A DNA stretch of 64,000 nucleotides from Lingula anatina (Eukaryota; Animalia; Brachiopoda), in assembly GCA_051362555.1 (NCBI GenBank), contig CM120640.1:21762001-21826000 (forward strand). The letters are read 5' to 3'. Below the pieces are notes generated by a model that was not told the origin of the DNA, made no database searches, and saw only the letters and a list, made by a program, of their open reading frames with translations. Numbering within the stretch: the stretch's first letter is position 1; each line of letters starts with the position of its first letter. Of the stretch, positions 45,669 through 60,452 are shown in pieces. A program made the position numbers and the translations under genes.

Positions 45669-48600
45669 CTTCTGTTCTGAATGACTTAACTGATACAACA
45701 TCACTGTGTCTCCAAAAACTAGTGCAGATTATTACTTGTTATTTAAAGAATTGGGAATATTAATATCACTGATCTTATTATTTTCAGATACAGACTGATT
45801 TAAAGACTACCAGGACATTGTTTTAACAGTGGGCATAAATTACCAAGTCATTATGAGGAGCAGGTGACTAAAAGGTACTATAATTATTTTCCAAACAAAA
45901 ATTGTCTTTCATAGATTGAAACTATTTTTTTCTGTAAATATTTACTGTTATCCTTCAAATTAGTTTTTTTTTTTTTTTGGGGGGGGGGGGTGGGAGGGGT
46001 GAATTATTTGTCGACTTTTATATAATGTATTTTTTCTTAAAGTTTTAATGCTATTTAGGCTTGCCTTGAGACCAGATTTTCTCTTTTCGCTCTGTTTGTT
46101 AACCTCCCCCCCCCCAAAAAAAAAAAAAAAGTTATTTACATTTCTTTACTTTCAGTCCTTTGTGTCAACTCCCAGGTTTCCTTGGATGAAAGTGATTTGT
46201 CAAGTTTTTTTTTTTTTTTTATGTGTGTGTGTGTTTGCCTCAGAAAGTCAAATCACGATGGGGACCACTTATATTCACACCGTTCTGATATATCTGAAAT
46301 TCCCTTTACTTGCCATTTATGAAAGTGCTCATTTTAAGTGCAGTAGACCTATGGGGAGTTGTGGTTCATTGTCTTAATTTGATTATTCTTTTCTAGGATG
46401 ACCTCTTGGGGATAGTATCCAATGTTTTGACAGCAGGGTATAGAATTTCTGATTCTTCTATTGGAGTACATTATACTGATTTCCAAAGCATGGGTACATA
46501 CTAGTACATATATACGGTCATGTTAATATTCCATGCAATTTGTCATCAGCATGACATTTTGTTTGGAGACAGGGAAATGAGTACACAGACATCATATACA
46601 CATGCTAATGGCTACAGCATTTATAGTTGGTGTTAAGATGTATGTGTTAATATGCATGAGGTGTGAAAATGTGTAAAAACCAACAATATTCCTTGATGAA
46701 AAAAATCAATCATTCATTTCTCAGAAAAAATATAGTTGATGGATGAACTTGGGGTTCACAACAGAGTTACAAACTCAAAAATGTGTTTTTAAGACAGCTT
46801 TTTCCTTCACATGATTGACATACAGTTTGCTGAAAATAGTATTTTATGTATTCTTTTTGTAATGTAATATTATAAGTGTATAAATGTATTTTTTGAGCAA
46901 GCACTTGTACTTACATAATTGGAAAATATGAAGCTTGCCTTTTAGAAAGAAAGTAGAATTTAAGACAGTAAGGTTTTCTGTCAGTCTCTTGTTGTCATAG
47001 TCTTTAAAATGTGTTTATAACAGTGAAGATGATAGTTGTGACTGTTTTCGTGACCCTCAAGAATTTACTACATGAGCTTTTAATTGTGCACATATATCTG
47101 AACTGAAAATGGGATTGCACTGTTTTATGAAGCCTAGTCTTGGTTGCAGTCTCTTTGTAACTGGTTTTCAATTAGATATTGGTTTTATTATGTGTGGACA
47201 TGTATTGCTCAAGGTAAATAAGACAGTAAGAGAAAGTAAGCAATGTGTTAGTGAGTAATGTGAAAATAAGAAAACGTAATATCAGATCATACAGTTGGTA
47301 TAGGTGGCACTGAAAGGGGAAAAGAGAAGTCTTTTTCTCGAGAATTGTATTTATGGAAAAGAAAGAGGAACAGTAGGGTATGCAAGAATTGAATAAGTTC
47401 TTAGCCATGCATACCAAGAAAAATCCTCTAAAACCATGACATTATCAGTTCTGGAAATGAAATCTTCATGGCATTTGGAGATTCAGTTAAAAGAGGCTAT
47501 TAGCACCTTTTTGTGAACATTTGGAATCCTTTTTATCTCTACACCCATCTTAAGCATTGGCAAGGAATAGGTTTAACAGTGGGTAAGATTTACCTTCTTT
47601 GGAATGCATGTCTGGGGCCTAACATAGATTTTAGCCATTACAAGAGAGTAAAAATACACCAGGTTATTTTTATCTCCATAAAAAGTGCATATCAGATTTA
47701 ATAACTGTACACCAAGAGACTATCTTTCACGGTGCTTGGGGATAAATCTGACCGACATTTATTAGGAAAATTTAGAGCCATTATTGCTGTTTCATCCTTA
47801 GGGTTTTTATTAAAATACTTGCCTGGTTCAATTTCTCCCAGGACCACACTCATTTTAAACAGCTTGCAAGTGTGTGTATATATAAGTTTGTATTTATAAA
47901 CATACATAAAGAAATGTGGCCTGCTGTTGGAAATTTGAAATGGGGGCCTACCTTGTTCATTTCTCAGTGTTGGATAGGATTGCCTGTGGACTGGTAAGCT
48001 GTGTACAGGCAGACCTAATTGGTTCACAAGATTTTGGCAAACATTTGGAACCCTGGACACTCCACTTAAACAGTCACTGTAAAATGTGACCTGTTCCTGA
48101 ACAGTTGAAGCAGTCTGGCTGTGTTGGGACCTGTACTATGGGGATCTGGTCTGAGGATATGTATGTACATAGCTCAGAATGATCACATTTGAAATCCTGC
48201 AATTTTTGGCTAAGGGTTTTTTTTAAAGAAGGTTGTTTGAAGTAGGCTTGGAACAAAAATGAAGTCTGTCAGGCCTTAATAGAGAAAGTGGAGCTGTCTT
48301 TGTAATAGTCCAAATGTTTGTGGCAGCTGACTAGAATTTTCTAGCTGAGTGGGTTGTGCACTGGTATTTTCAGCACTTGGTTCAGTTATCTGATGGAATA
48401 TTGCATCTTTCAAAAATTGTGCATTTTGAATTAGTTCTTTTTTTACTTGCTGGAAGAAAAAAGGACGTGCTGTATGATACTGCTGAAGGACCCCTGATCC
48501 TTTGTTCACTTGAATAGATCTATAGTTTTTTATGTATTTTTTTTTTTCAGAAAAAGACTTTTTATTGTTGTCAGCTCTGGACAACGCCAGAACCAATTCC

Positions 48601-48736
48601 ATATTTGTGTCAAGTATCTGGTTGAAATCCAAGTGCCCAAGTTAGTATTTCAGCAGTTTCTTGTTTGTGTTTTAGGTGCTGTAGTTGAAAAGTTCCCATC
48701 CTTCCCACCACATCACCACAGCTGTCGTCTGCCAAC

Positions 48737-51700
48737 ATGAGTAACCTACGAGACCAAAGAAGTAAGAAGAAGTTTGACGAGGGCTGCTGTGGACTTTTCT
48801 TTTTAAAATATGCCCTCTGCACTTTTAATATTATATTTTGGGTAAGTATTAAAGATATAAATTACAATTTCATTTAAAACAAGTAAAACTGAAGCTCAGA
48901 TTCCTATTATGCTACTTTCATTTTGATACATTTATGAACGCTTTAAGCTGAAAAAAATTGATTTCTTTATACAACCTTGTTTCTGATGTAATTTTCTATG
49001 ATTAAATAGAGTAATGTTATTGATCCAATATATCTTATATAAAAAACACTTGATGATCAATGTATTTATTTTTTTTTTTTTGTATCATGTCAGCAGAATA
49101 CAACACATTGTTCATTGTGTTGTTTGTTGGAACCTTGGGCCGCATTTGCAGTCAATTTGGGAAAGCTTAATTCTGTTATTTTGAAATAACCCTTACCCTT
49201 ATAGCTATTGTATGATTTGTAACCATTAGGATCCAAGATGATGCCATGTCACTTACAGTGTTCCTCAGTTGCAATTGTTGTGTGTAGTCTCACAGATCAG
49301 ATTGACTGTATTGATAGAAATTCTGAAATATCACACACGAAGGGGCATTCCCATAGACACATGAGTCTACGTGGGTCGGTCCTACTCTGTGGGGGCTCTT
49401 GCTAAAAGCTATCAGCTTAACTGAATGCCATCCTCCTTAAACAGGTAGGATGAAATCAACTTTGTGTGCACTCAGCTTAATTATCCCCAAGATGCTTGAG
49501 GAGGCATGTCAGACAATTAAGCTGATTTCACTGATTGCACTTAGCAAGAATCCCCACAGAGTTTAGTCCGATGGTGTGTAAGGGATTGGGGTTTAAGGAA
49601 TAGCACCTACTGAGTTTTGCCATAACCTCTTGACTGGAAATGCATCTCCAGTATCTGCAATCGTTTTGTGATACTTTTATTACTACAGGCCATCCATTTA
49701 AATACAATACATGTCTTACATGAGTGATGAGATGATAATGGTTAACACTTCTCCAGTGGCTCTTAGTGTCACAGGGGGGCAGAGGTCAGGAGATTTAATA
49801 CCACAGTCTGATGCCTTGGTGTTTTTTGATACGGGCATTGTACATTCTTTCATAGGTTGCAGAGCTGGAGGGGTGGGAGAGCCTGACTGTGTGTGTGTGT
49901 GTGTGTGTGTGTGTTTTTTTATTAGAAACCAGAAAGATTTGTCACTACTTGCCTGTGGCTGTGCTGAAGTTTTCTGTTGCCAATATTGATTACATTTATT
50001 CCATTTAATTGATAAAATTTTTGATATACAGGGTGAATTTAGTCATAGTAAATGGGTTTACTAGTGTGCATTAACCAAAATTCTTCTTTGGTTTATATGT
50101 TTTCATTGAAAAAATGAGAAAGAGGGTGTGGGAATTTGTTCCTGGATATGATAACAGGTATCTTCTGCCAAGCTTGGGTGTCGAGTGATGAGAATGAAAG
50201 CAGATTCTGAACCATGTGGAAAATATTTACCAAATCCTCTGTGAACGGTGGTTGATGTTGTGCTGCTACAGTGGAGAATTGTGTTTTTTTCTTACCCTCA
50301 GCTGCTTTGAACCAAATATTGAGGTGTTTGAGTCATGAACTTTTGCCCCGGCAGCAGGGGTTAAGATACCAAAAGAAACATGAAATGGGTTTCACAGGGA
50401 ACTGCAGCCATTTCACGTGAGATGTGTTAAACGGATTTTAATGGAAAATGTTGAAAATTGAAGGTAGAGTTTTAGTAGAATTTCAGAGCTGTGTATGTCT
50501 GTTTTATGTCCTTTTAATTTAATATGTTGGAACTATACAAATGAATTTTGCCAGCTTTTTTCTTCTGTCTATTTTCTGTATTGCTTTTCTCCATTTATAT
50601 TTCAACAAAAACCCTGAAGCTTTAACGATGGCCTTTATTGGTGTGATGATGATAAAGGTTACGGAGGAAGTCTTTAGAGGATGAGATTAAATTATCTGCA
50701 GAACCCTTGAATTGTAAAAAAAAACATAGGTTTTCTTTCCATACATAAAGACTTGTAAGCTTGTGTGCACACCCATTTCATAAAAAAAAGTCTGATACAG
50801 GCTCATTACAGATGAAGTACATGTGATGTTGGATCTTTGAGATGATAGAACACAGACAAGTCTAAAGGACGATGTTGCAGATCGAGTTTCTTGGATGATA
50901 TCCAAACACAAGTTTGGCAAAATTGCTTGGCAACAAAAGTTTGCTGTGTGCCATGGTCTCTTTGGTTGTTTTAACAAATTGTATGGGGAGAAAAAATGTT
51001 CAGCTTTGTTGTTTTGTTAGTTTTCTGAGCACATCTTTCACAATTGAGTCAAACTAGAATCCATAGCTTGGGGCTCAGTTCAGAAACATAATCCCACAGT
51101 ACTTGCCACAACAGGAAAAAAAAAAGATGGAAGCCATTTATTTGATTTGTGTTACAGTTTCAGTAACTTAATTGCATCAGAGATAAATTGCTTAGGTATG
51201 TGATCGTGCACAAATACATCCTAGTAGTACGCCCTCATTACAGACGGCCATACCAGTGGTGTGTTTTCTGCATCAGTGTCAGGTATTTGAGAAGGTAGTG
51301 CCATATGGTAAATTAATTCCAATTATCTTATCAAGGGTCTCTACAGCTGAACTGGGAGCCTCACCAGACATATGTCTTTTTTTCACTGTCTCCTGCCCTT
51401 CCTTGTATGAAAAGTTTTTACAGCTTCATTCTCAAAAGATATTTTATAAAAAGCTAGCTTATATCTTTTTTCTTTTTTGAATACACCTGTAGTTTGTGGC
51501 TTTCATCAGGACTTTGGGTTTATGCATCCAAACAAATATGGATAAGTGCACACTTTTAAAGTTTATGTTGCTTGGTTGAATTTGTTTTCTGCTGTGTGGG
51601 ATTATTTTCAGTATTAAATGGCATGCTCGTTTCTATCTCTTAATTCTCTGTAAGTGGCTGCATTCCAGCTGTGTCTGCTGTTTTAGCATAAATAATGAAA

Positions 51701-54700
51701 TAAAACAGAAATGGTATTTTTTTATGCAGGTGATAATGTCAAAAGAGCCCCTTGCTGTGCTGGTATCAGTATATTGCTCCTACAAACAAACCCACGCAAT
51801 CCATGCTGAGAGATAAAATTTGGGCAACATGAAATTTATATTAAAACCAATAATTAACTAAAACTTGACAAATCACTAAACAAACCAGTCAATGGAAAAA
51901 AAGTGACACAAAGTTAGTATATAATGCCATCACACATCTCTCTTTGAGATGAATGGAATTTCTACCTGGAGTTTCTAAAACAACTTCAAGGTGAGTTCAT
52001 ACCTTTAAGGATGTAGGTAAATCATGAGATATATGGTTTACACATTTACTGGCAATTCAGCCAATATAAATTGGGTTACATATCAAAATACTCCAAACTA
52101 TCTGTCTCCCACTGCTCCCTATTATATGCCACAGAATTTGATCTGGCTGTAAAAATCCATATTGCACAAAGCAGTGTAAGGAGTCAAAGAGTTCACGCCA
52201 AGTTTGTTTCTTGGCTGATATAACTTTTAATACCTTGTCGGGGAGTGATTGGGTGCTGAGAAATCAAACAGTTGCTTTATGGCTGAAAATAACACCCAAC
52301 ACGAAAGGTTTTAGGTCTTGTTTTTATTTTTACAGGTTTATTGGCTTCAATAAACAGATTAGTCAGTTTCCTTGAATAAATAAATTGTCTTAGTATGATG
52401 AAAATTGAAAACTAAAGAAAACAAATTTGCGAAAGATGATAAGCTTCAGGAATAGTGTATTGTGCAGGATACCTAGATGAGATCCATCTGAGTTAAGCAC
52501 ACACAGGAAATGATAGCATACAAATCATAATTATTTTCCAGGAAATGTGTCAGTTACTTATTTAGTTCTGCTGTATTGGAATTGGGAAGAAATTTATATC
52601 TGCAATAGAACCAATTTGAAAGTAGCATTCAAGGCAGTATTGGCAGCTGCCACGGCCTTTTATCAGATGCACTTAGAGGAAAGGTGTTGTAATTGCCACT
52701 GCAGATGAACAATATATTGATTTTTTTTTTCTTGTGGAAATCAAGCTTGCTCAGTGCAGTGATATGAAAAAAAAAATTATCATTATACACTCACATGTGG
52801 TTTAAATTATGAACACAAGAAAAAAAAGAAGGAAAATATTTTGATTCCCATTAGGATAATGAGCGAAATCCCAGACAGGGGTTACCTAAGGAGGTGAACA
52901 GAATGTGACCTCCTGAGGGAGATGTGTTCACTCCTCTTTTTTTTATCCATGGTTGATTGGGTTTGACAAAAACATCAGATGTTGTGCCCTTGTTTAGACT
53001 GGAGGAGGTGGTGCTAGTGTACCTACAGGGTGCAGGCTGACAAGGAGAGAGCATTGATTATACCAGGCATTTTGACAGATTTACTGATTTCTTTTCTTTT
53101 AAATCTTATATGCAGTCATATCACAGGCTCGATATAGCAACTGTGTGGTTCAAATTAAAACCCATCTGCAGTGTCTAGATTTTCTCATTACACACCTAAG
53201 GATCTTCAAATTTTTAAAAGGAAAAGAATGTTTTAGAGATAAAAAGCTATTAAATGTTAAGACTAGGATATTTTTTTGTCTTATTGCCCTAGAATACATT
53301 TCAGTAAGCATGATGTCTCAAATGTTTTTATCCTGGCTGTTGGAGTGTAGGGAGTCTTAGACAGCCAGAAATAATTCATTGATTTAGCATTTTGTTTCCC
53401 AGTTGTCCATTGCAGTTATCTAGTCTGTGGAAATGTGTAGTTTTGGCTAAACATCATTATTTTAATTACTCAGCATTTTGGTTTGCAGTTGTCTGTTGCT
53501 GTCATCTAGGCTGTATTCTTGACTAGACACCATTATTTTAATTACTCAACATTTTGTTTTGCAGTTGTCTGGTGCTGCCATCTTGGCAGTAGGAATATGG
53601 ACAGTGCTGGCCCGACACCACTATGTGAGCCTCCTGGCCACCAGCATCTACCCTGTCACCACTTACATCCTCATTGTCACAGGAGGAATAGCTGTCATCA
53701 TGGGCTTTATAGGATGCTATGGGGCTATATGGGAGAACAGGTGTTGTCTTATGACAGTAAGTGGAAATTTATCCTCTTGGTTGACACTTGGAGAGTTTTT
53801 TACTTTTGTATTTTACTGGTTGATATGTCTTCAACTTAAATGAGAATTACTTATTTAGATTTAAAAATTTTGAGAATTACTAATTTAGATTTAAGATTTT
53901 TAGGCAGTATTAAGAGGAATACAGGTGATTGCTAGCCTAAACAAGAATGATCAGTGATGCCAATGCCTAGGTAACTCATTTTAGATCATTCTAAATGCAG
54001 ATTGTGAAGTGTTCCTGGGCTTTGTGTCAAGTGAACTTATAAATGTCCTTTCTATTTCAGTATGCTTTTTTCTTGGTGCTTATATTCTTAATGGAAGCTA
54101 TAACAGGAGTGTTAGCTTATACATACCAGGCAGCTGTGAGTATCTGATTTACTAATCTTGTTTACACCAGTGCAATTAGTTCATAGTAGTATATATATAT
54201 ATGAAGCTGTCTCCAAAACAAGTAGTTTTTAACTGAAGAATTTTTTACAAAATCAGTTTTTCTCAGCTTCTGAAAGAGACTTGAACAATATCATGTAAAG
54301 CATCACACAAGCCACATGTAAGTATTTGAACAATGAACAGCATATAATTTAAAATGAAATGTGTTTTTGTTCAGATCAAATACAATGTTTTTTTTTATGT
54401 TCCAGATTGAACAAGAACTTCAACGTAGTCTGAACAAGACAATGATGGAAAGCTATCAGTTTGATATGGCCATAACTAATGCTACAGATGACTTACAACA
54501 ATGGGTATGTAGAACACCTAACACATTCAATTTAAACATAGATGAAAAATGAATAAAGAGGACACCAAACACACTCAACTAACAAATAAATATATGAACA
54601 GATAAAATGGAAAAAAGGTTATGTGTAATATGTAATTATTATAAAAAAAAACATACCTTACTAGTAAATAAAATAGCAATAATATATTTATAATAATAAG

Positions 54701-55662
54701 TCTTAAATGTTTAGAAGACTTTTCATAGATACAAGTACCTAAGAATACAATGCATTTTGTACTGAATTATACATAAATTTAAACTAATTAATTAAATAAT
54801 TCCAGTAAATGTTTCATTAACCAAAGCAATTTTTTTCTTATTTTGATACGATAATATTGTATATATTTGATTTGTAGCACCAGTGTTGTGGTACAGGCTC
54901 TTTTGAAGACTGGCGGTACAGCAAGTGGTTGCGCAGTGTCCCCACCAATAACACAGCACCAGACAGCTGCTGTAAGAGCACTAGCACAGGGTGCGCAGTC
55001 AGAAACCACCCGTCCAATATTTATTATGATGTAAGTAGGCTGCTGATATTGTATTTAATAACATGGATTTGAGCTTGATTGATCAACTTCTTTAGCTGCG
55101 GACAATTAAATTGTTAAGTATTTTTCCGATTACACTAGACAGGTACTATTGTTCACTCATCATATCATCAAATTTCATGCCAAGGAAAGAATAAGGTTCT
55201 ATATTTGAATGAACTTTGAGAATTGGAAACCGGATAGTCTCTAGAAAGCACAGCTGTAAAGATGAAATCAGGGATTAACCATCCCCTATTAAGGTTGATA
55301 TCAATATTTCAGGGGTGTCTTACCAAGCTAGCAAGGTACCTGAAAGGACACATTATAATCATTGGTGCTGTAGGACTGGGGATGTGTTTTGTACAGGTAA
55401 GAGGGAACTGAGGTATATATATAACAAGCTCTCAAAGAAAGAATGAGGGATGTTCTACACTGTTATTAGCATGCAGTGCAGGTAACGGAACATGTAACAA
55501 TTAAATCATAATTCAAATAATCATGATTACATTTTAATGTGTTCTTATTCCATTAGTAATTTTCATTATTTCCAGGTCTTTGGTATTATATTTGCTTGCT
55601 GTCTGGCTCGAAGGATAAAAGAGTGGAATGAGTATAGATATCAACAGCCTACATACATGTAG
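48737..55662 (+). CDS. CD151: CD151/TSPAN11-like tetraspanin (about 264 aa)
   Basis: Exons 48737-48841 (..GCCGLFFLKYALCTFNIIFW), 53565-53756 (LAVGIWTVLARHHYVSLL..), 54061-54135, 54406-54504, 54878-55030 (HQCCG..DW..APDSCCKS..CAVRNHPSNIYYD), 55313-55396 and 55576-55662. The HPSNIY and DSCCK motifs are typical of CD151/TSPAN11. Confidence 0.9.
49376..49571. mobile_element. MITE-like hairpin element in the CD151-like intron
   Basis: ACTCTGTGGGGGCTCTTGCTAA..ATCAGCTTAA matches TTAAGCTGAT..TTAGCAAGAATCCCCACAGAGT in inverted orientation. Confidence 0.65.
49888..49913. repeat. (TG)n microsatellite
   Basis: Direct reading of the sequence. Confidence 0.9.
53376..53595 (+). repeat. Degenerate triplication of a splice acceptor plus exon start (period about 76-86 bp)
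   Basis: CATTTTG(T/G)TT..CAG|TTGTC.. occurs three times, with the acceptor AG ending at 53402, 53488 and 53564. Confidence 0.85.
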
Positions 55663-58600
55663 CAAAATGTGGTGATGGACAGAACTGTTTAAGTCATGTA
55701 TTGTAGAATTGCAGTGCTAAAAGCAAGGGAAGTGATATTCCAGGCACAGATCTGGTCATGGACATTGTGTATGGCAACACAAACTTCCTGAAAGAACTTT
55801 TGAAAGTTTGGCCATTCTTTGGGTTTCAAGTAGATTACAAGACTGTGTTCTGCTGTGCTAAAATATATGATCGAGGAGTTTTGATCAACTTTGGATTGTT
55901 GTAGGGAAGCACAATCTGGAGAATGTGATAGAGAAGCATTCTGTTGGAGGGAGAGACAGTCCATTTGAAGCATGTGTACATATTCATCATTATATTGCCA
56001 AGTGAAAATCCCAAGACAAAGAAAAAGGGAGAAATTGCTATGTATAAGCCTTGAAATGAAAGGCGTAGAAATGTGAGAGAAATCTCAGAATGAGCACTGT
56101 TGTTCAACATGATGATAGATCTGCTTTAATATGGTGCAAGCCTTGGCAAAGTGCCAAAAAGTCATCATTTTTATACAAGTTGTAAAATGCACTGTTTATT
56201 AGACTATTGCAGTATCAGTTCTTGTACACTTTAATCTGTCACTTAATTGCACTGTATTTGTATTATTGCTCACTCTTTATTGTAATGGTTGTGCTTTGTT
56301 GATTTATTTTATTATTGCAAGGGTAATATCATTTATTATAGATGCCACTGTTGGCCACTGATGGCAGTTTTTACAGTGTGATAGCTATTTGCTTGGCCTT
56401 GGTTGATTTTATTGTGTATTCTTTTAGACAAATCACTTCATAGTGACATTAAAGTATGACAACATTCTTTGAGATTATTTTGTATGACAACTATCAATTT
56501 ATTATTATTATTATTTTAATTACTTAGACCTTCATTCATGTGTTCATTCATTCATAGAAGAAAGCTTTTGCTGCATTCTGGTTTAGTTGAAATGAACAAA
56601 CTGCAACTACACAAATGTTCAGCTTTTTCCAATTTTAGAAATAATCCTGCTGGTGTCTATTAGTGAAGCAAAAGGTTGTTTCTAATATATACAGATCATT
56701 TGTATATTTAAAGAAAAACTGAAGAGCAGATTGATGCTAGACATCACAGGAAGTCATTTACCTCCTGTATGTTAAAATACTAGATGTTCAAAAACATTTC
56801 AAATGATCAAGAATATTTGAAATTGAGAGATTTATTGTCATCAACTAAAAGTCACGGTTAAAGTCTTATTGATGGCAGTTAATATATAAGCAATCAGATA
56901 CAGAGAAACTCTTAAATATGTTCATGCTAATGAATACTTATATTTTCTGTGTGAATGCTGCAAATCTTTGTTTAAAAGTTGGATTTGAGATCAAGAGAGG
57001 GAATTTTTTATAGTTGGAAATGTAGACCACTAAGGCCCTTGTGAGCAAGTGGACTCCTGTAGTTGTTTCCTCAGCAGACTTGTATGTTTATTATTTCTAG
57101 CAGGCAAAAAGTACCTTGATCAATTTGCTTTCAGTTGAACAGTCTCTGTCAAATCTCCTGCAAGATTTACTAGTGATGGTCACTATTTATCTCATGGGAA
57201 ACTAACTATAAGATTTCTGTTCCTTGAAGGCCTTAGCTCACGGTGTGCAGATTGCTTTAGTTGTAACTTTTTAGGACATTGGTTCAAGTTATTGGTTCCA
57301 TAATATTCTTACAAAAGAATTCAAATCGTTTTGATTTTTGGAATGATTTAAAAGTGTCTTATCTTTTTTCTTATGCTAACGAGATTTTTTGTAATATTTC
57401 ATGTTTTATCAAAAGTCTTATCAGAAATATAGTTTTTGACTCATCCTGTGAAAGTACAATGATAGTGTCTACTTAAGTTTCCAACATTAAAATAAAAGGA
57501 ACATCAAATGTAGAGCCATTGAAAATGTTAAATTTGTTAGTTATTGAATGAGTTATGACTAGAGGTGTAACATTTACTTCTGATAAAATGGGAAAGATTC
57601 ATGTCTTTTATATTTAAGGTTATTGTAATTTTTGTTTGCTGTTAGTTTCAAACTCCACAACCCAATCCACAGTGTTTGACAACCAACTGTGATTTAACCA
57701 GAAATGTTCTGAATTCTCACAGGTGCATTTCTTGTTATCATGACTATTCATGTTTACATCAATCTCCTATGAATGTAGATATGTTCTTTCAAAGTTTTGA
57801 CTAGGATAACTGACTGGTAAAACCTGCAGCTTCAAAAATAAAGATATAGTTTATCATGTGTGTTTATTCAGTGATGATATTTTTTGCATGTGACCCACTT
57901 CACTTAAAAAGCAAAGAACAACTGCTCTATAATTATCGCAAGACAAAATGTGTATCTTCCCGATAAATTTGAACAAAGTTGATACAACAATAATTTATCT
58001 TTTTTTTTTCATTTTTATGATAATTGCATCCAGGTTTTAAGTCTCATTATATTTGGACATGGGTGCAGTCAAATTGGTGAGTAGCTTTGGAAGCTGCTAC
58101 TTACAAGAAAGATAACTTTTATCTGTGAATGACATCCTGTTAAGGACACAAACAGTAGATGAGCCGGTTCAAAGAACAGTATGATTGATTGGCAAGGCAC
58201 TCTGAATGTTATAGAAAACCAGTACTAAACTTGACTAGAGCACTATTTTGTAACTACCTGTTGACAGTGTGACAAACCATTATACCAGATTTTACAATTA
58301 AAACTGCTGTGGAAAGGAACATATCAATGACAGAGAGACCTATATCATGGGCAACCCAAGGAGTCTGTTATAACTCCTTGGGCAACCTAAGCAGCAAAAC
58401 ATCATTAACTGATGAGCAGTTCACACAGCTGTGTCATGAACTGAAAGAAAGCAGACTGCAAATCATAAAAAATTCATTTGTAGTAGAAAACTATGTAAAT
58501 ATGTTTTGCCCCTCTATGTTGCAGATTCAAAGAAAAAAAACAAAATTACGAGGATTATATAGAGGGATTAATAGAGATTAGCCCTAATGCAACTACACCA

Positions 58601-58704
58601 TATACAGCATTGGTCAAAAAGGTTGTCCCACCCCCATTTCCATGTACTTTTATTTACAAATGATCACCTCACAGCTGTAAATTGTTAAAAATAGTGCTTT
58701 TTAT

Positions 58705-60452
58705 TATGTACAGACACAGATGTGTCTGTACATATTGCCATCACCTGCGTCTGTCGTCGCCAATGCCGATGGCGATGCTGATGCCGATGCCGTGCACTCT
58801 CCTTGATAAGTGGAGGGCAGTTTTACTTTTTGGCTTTATATTTACAGAGCTGGTGAATATTCATAAAACGCAGGTCAAGTTCGAAAATCAGCATGATTGG
58901 GTCATTATTGTAGAAGTTATGCTGTTTTTTCACTTTTCAGCATATTTTTCACATTTCCTCAGATTCAATTCTTAGGCATGTTAACAGTCTCATTATTAAA
59001 CTAATAAGATACGTAAAAGTTTTTGTTTAACATTTCCTGCATCTTTACAACATTGTAAGTTGATTTTGTAAAAATGATGGTAAACTTGTTATCGTGTATT
59101 GTGTAATAAAGTTTCAAAAATGGAAATAAACTCATATCATTGCAGTTTGTCAGATTCAATCATTCACTATGTTCAGAATCTCAGAATGGAAGAAATTGGA
59201 CATTTAACACTGCTTTATTGATATTTTTCCCATCTTATCAATTTTCTTAGTTGATCATATAAAAATGGCAGTAAACTGTTAATTTTGTTTTATGTTAAAA
59301 ATTGTTAAAAATGGGGAAAAAAAACATTTCAGAACAGTGCTGTCTTGTTTACATTTTGGCATTTTCAAGTTGTGACTTTGAAGTTCCATGGGCCTGAAGA
59401 CCTTTGCTACATGTAGTCACATTTTCTGAATATCCATGATACTAATATTTTACAGGTATTATTAAAAATTGATGGTCATTATGCTGTTAAACATTATGTA
59501 ATATTGCATCAAAATTTGAAAAAAAACCTATTTTGGGCACTGCTCCCATGATGACCATTTAAGAAAACCATGTCACTTACTGTTCTCAAACAGTACAGTA
59601 AATATGTACAGATGTGTCAAAAATGTGTCTGTGCATATTGCCATCACCTGCGTCTGTCTTCGCCGTCAGCGCCGTCATCGCCGGCGCCGTGCACTTTCAT
59701 TGTAAACACGATAAGTGGAAGGCAGTTTTACTTTTTGGCTTTATATTTACAGAGCTTATGAATATTCATAAAATGCAGGTCAAGTTCGAAAATCAGCATG
59801 ATCGGGCCATTATTGTAGAAGTTATGTTTTTTTTTCACTTTTCAGCATATATGCAACACTGTAAACACATTCCAAGGAAAAGCGATAGGCCTGTTGTCAT
59901 GAAACTCACAGGAGTAATCTATCTTACTAAAACGCAGGTTGAGTTCGAAAATCAGCATGATCAGGCCACTATTTTAGTAGTTATGCTTTTTTTATGTACA
60001 GACACAGATGTGTCTGTACATATTGCCATCACCTGCGTCTGTGACGAAGAAATAAACCTGGTTGAGATTTCTGGGATGTACTTATTTGGGATTTTTTAAT
60101 CTGAGAGAATTTCAGACAGTCACCAGTCTGAGGCTCATCCTAGTTATAGGTTTGTAGGTTGAATTTTTATGTACAGACACAGATGTGTCTGTACATATTG
60201 CCATCACCTGCGTCTGTTGTCACCGATGCCGATGCCAATGGCGATGGCAATGGCGATGGCGATGCCGTGCACTTTCCTTGTAAACACGATAAGTGGAGGG
60301 CAGTTTTACTTTTTGGCTTTATATTTACAGAGCTGGTGAATATTCATAAAACGCAGGTCAAGTTCGAAAATCAGCATGATCGGGTCATTATTGTAGAAGT
60401 TATGCTGTTTTTTGACTTTTCAGCATATTTTTCACATTTCCTCAGATTCAAT
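58705..60452 (+). mobile_element. Cluster of Helentron-associated (HINE/DINE-1-like) non-autonomous elements, four starts
   Basis: Starts at 58705, about 59603 (degenerate), 59993 and 60168. The shared head is the palindrome TATGTACAGACAC-AGAT-GTGTCTGTACATA, then a (GCCGAT/GGCGAT)n microsatellite, then a core that repeats internally at a period of about 158 bp. Intact heads follow T-rich sequence, with no TSD seen. Confidence 0.7.

Noticed and set aside
47698-48632. Minus-strand ORFs of 118-120 aa
   Set aside because: No recognisable motif or consistent splice structure; they are antisense to the CD151-like leader intron.
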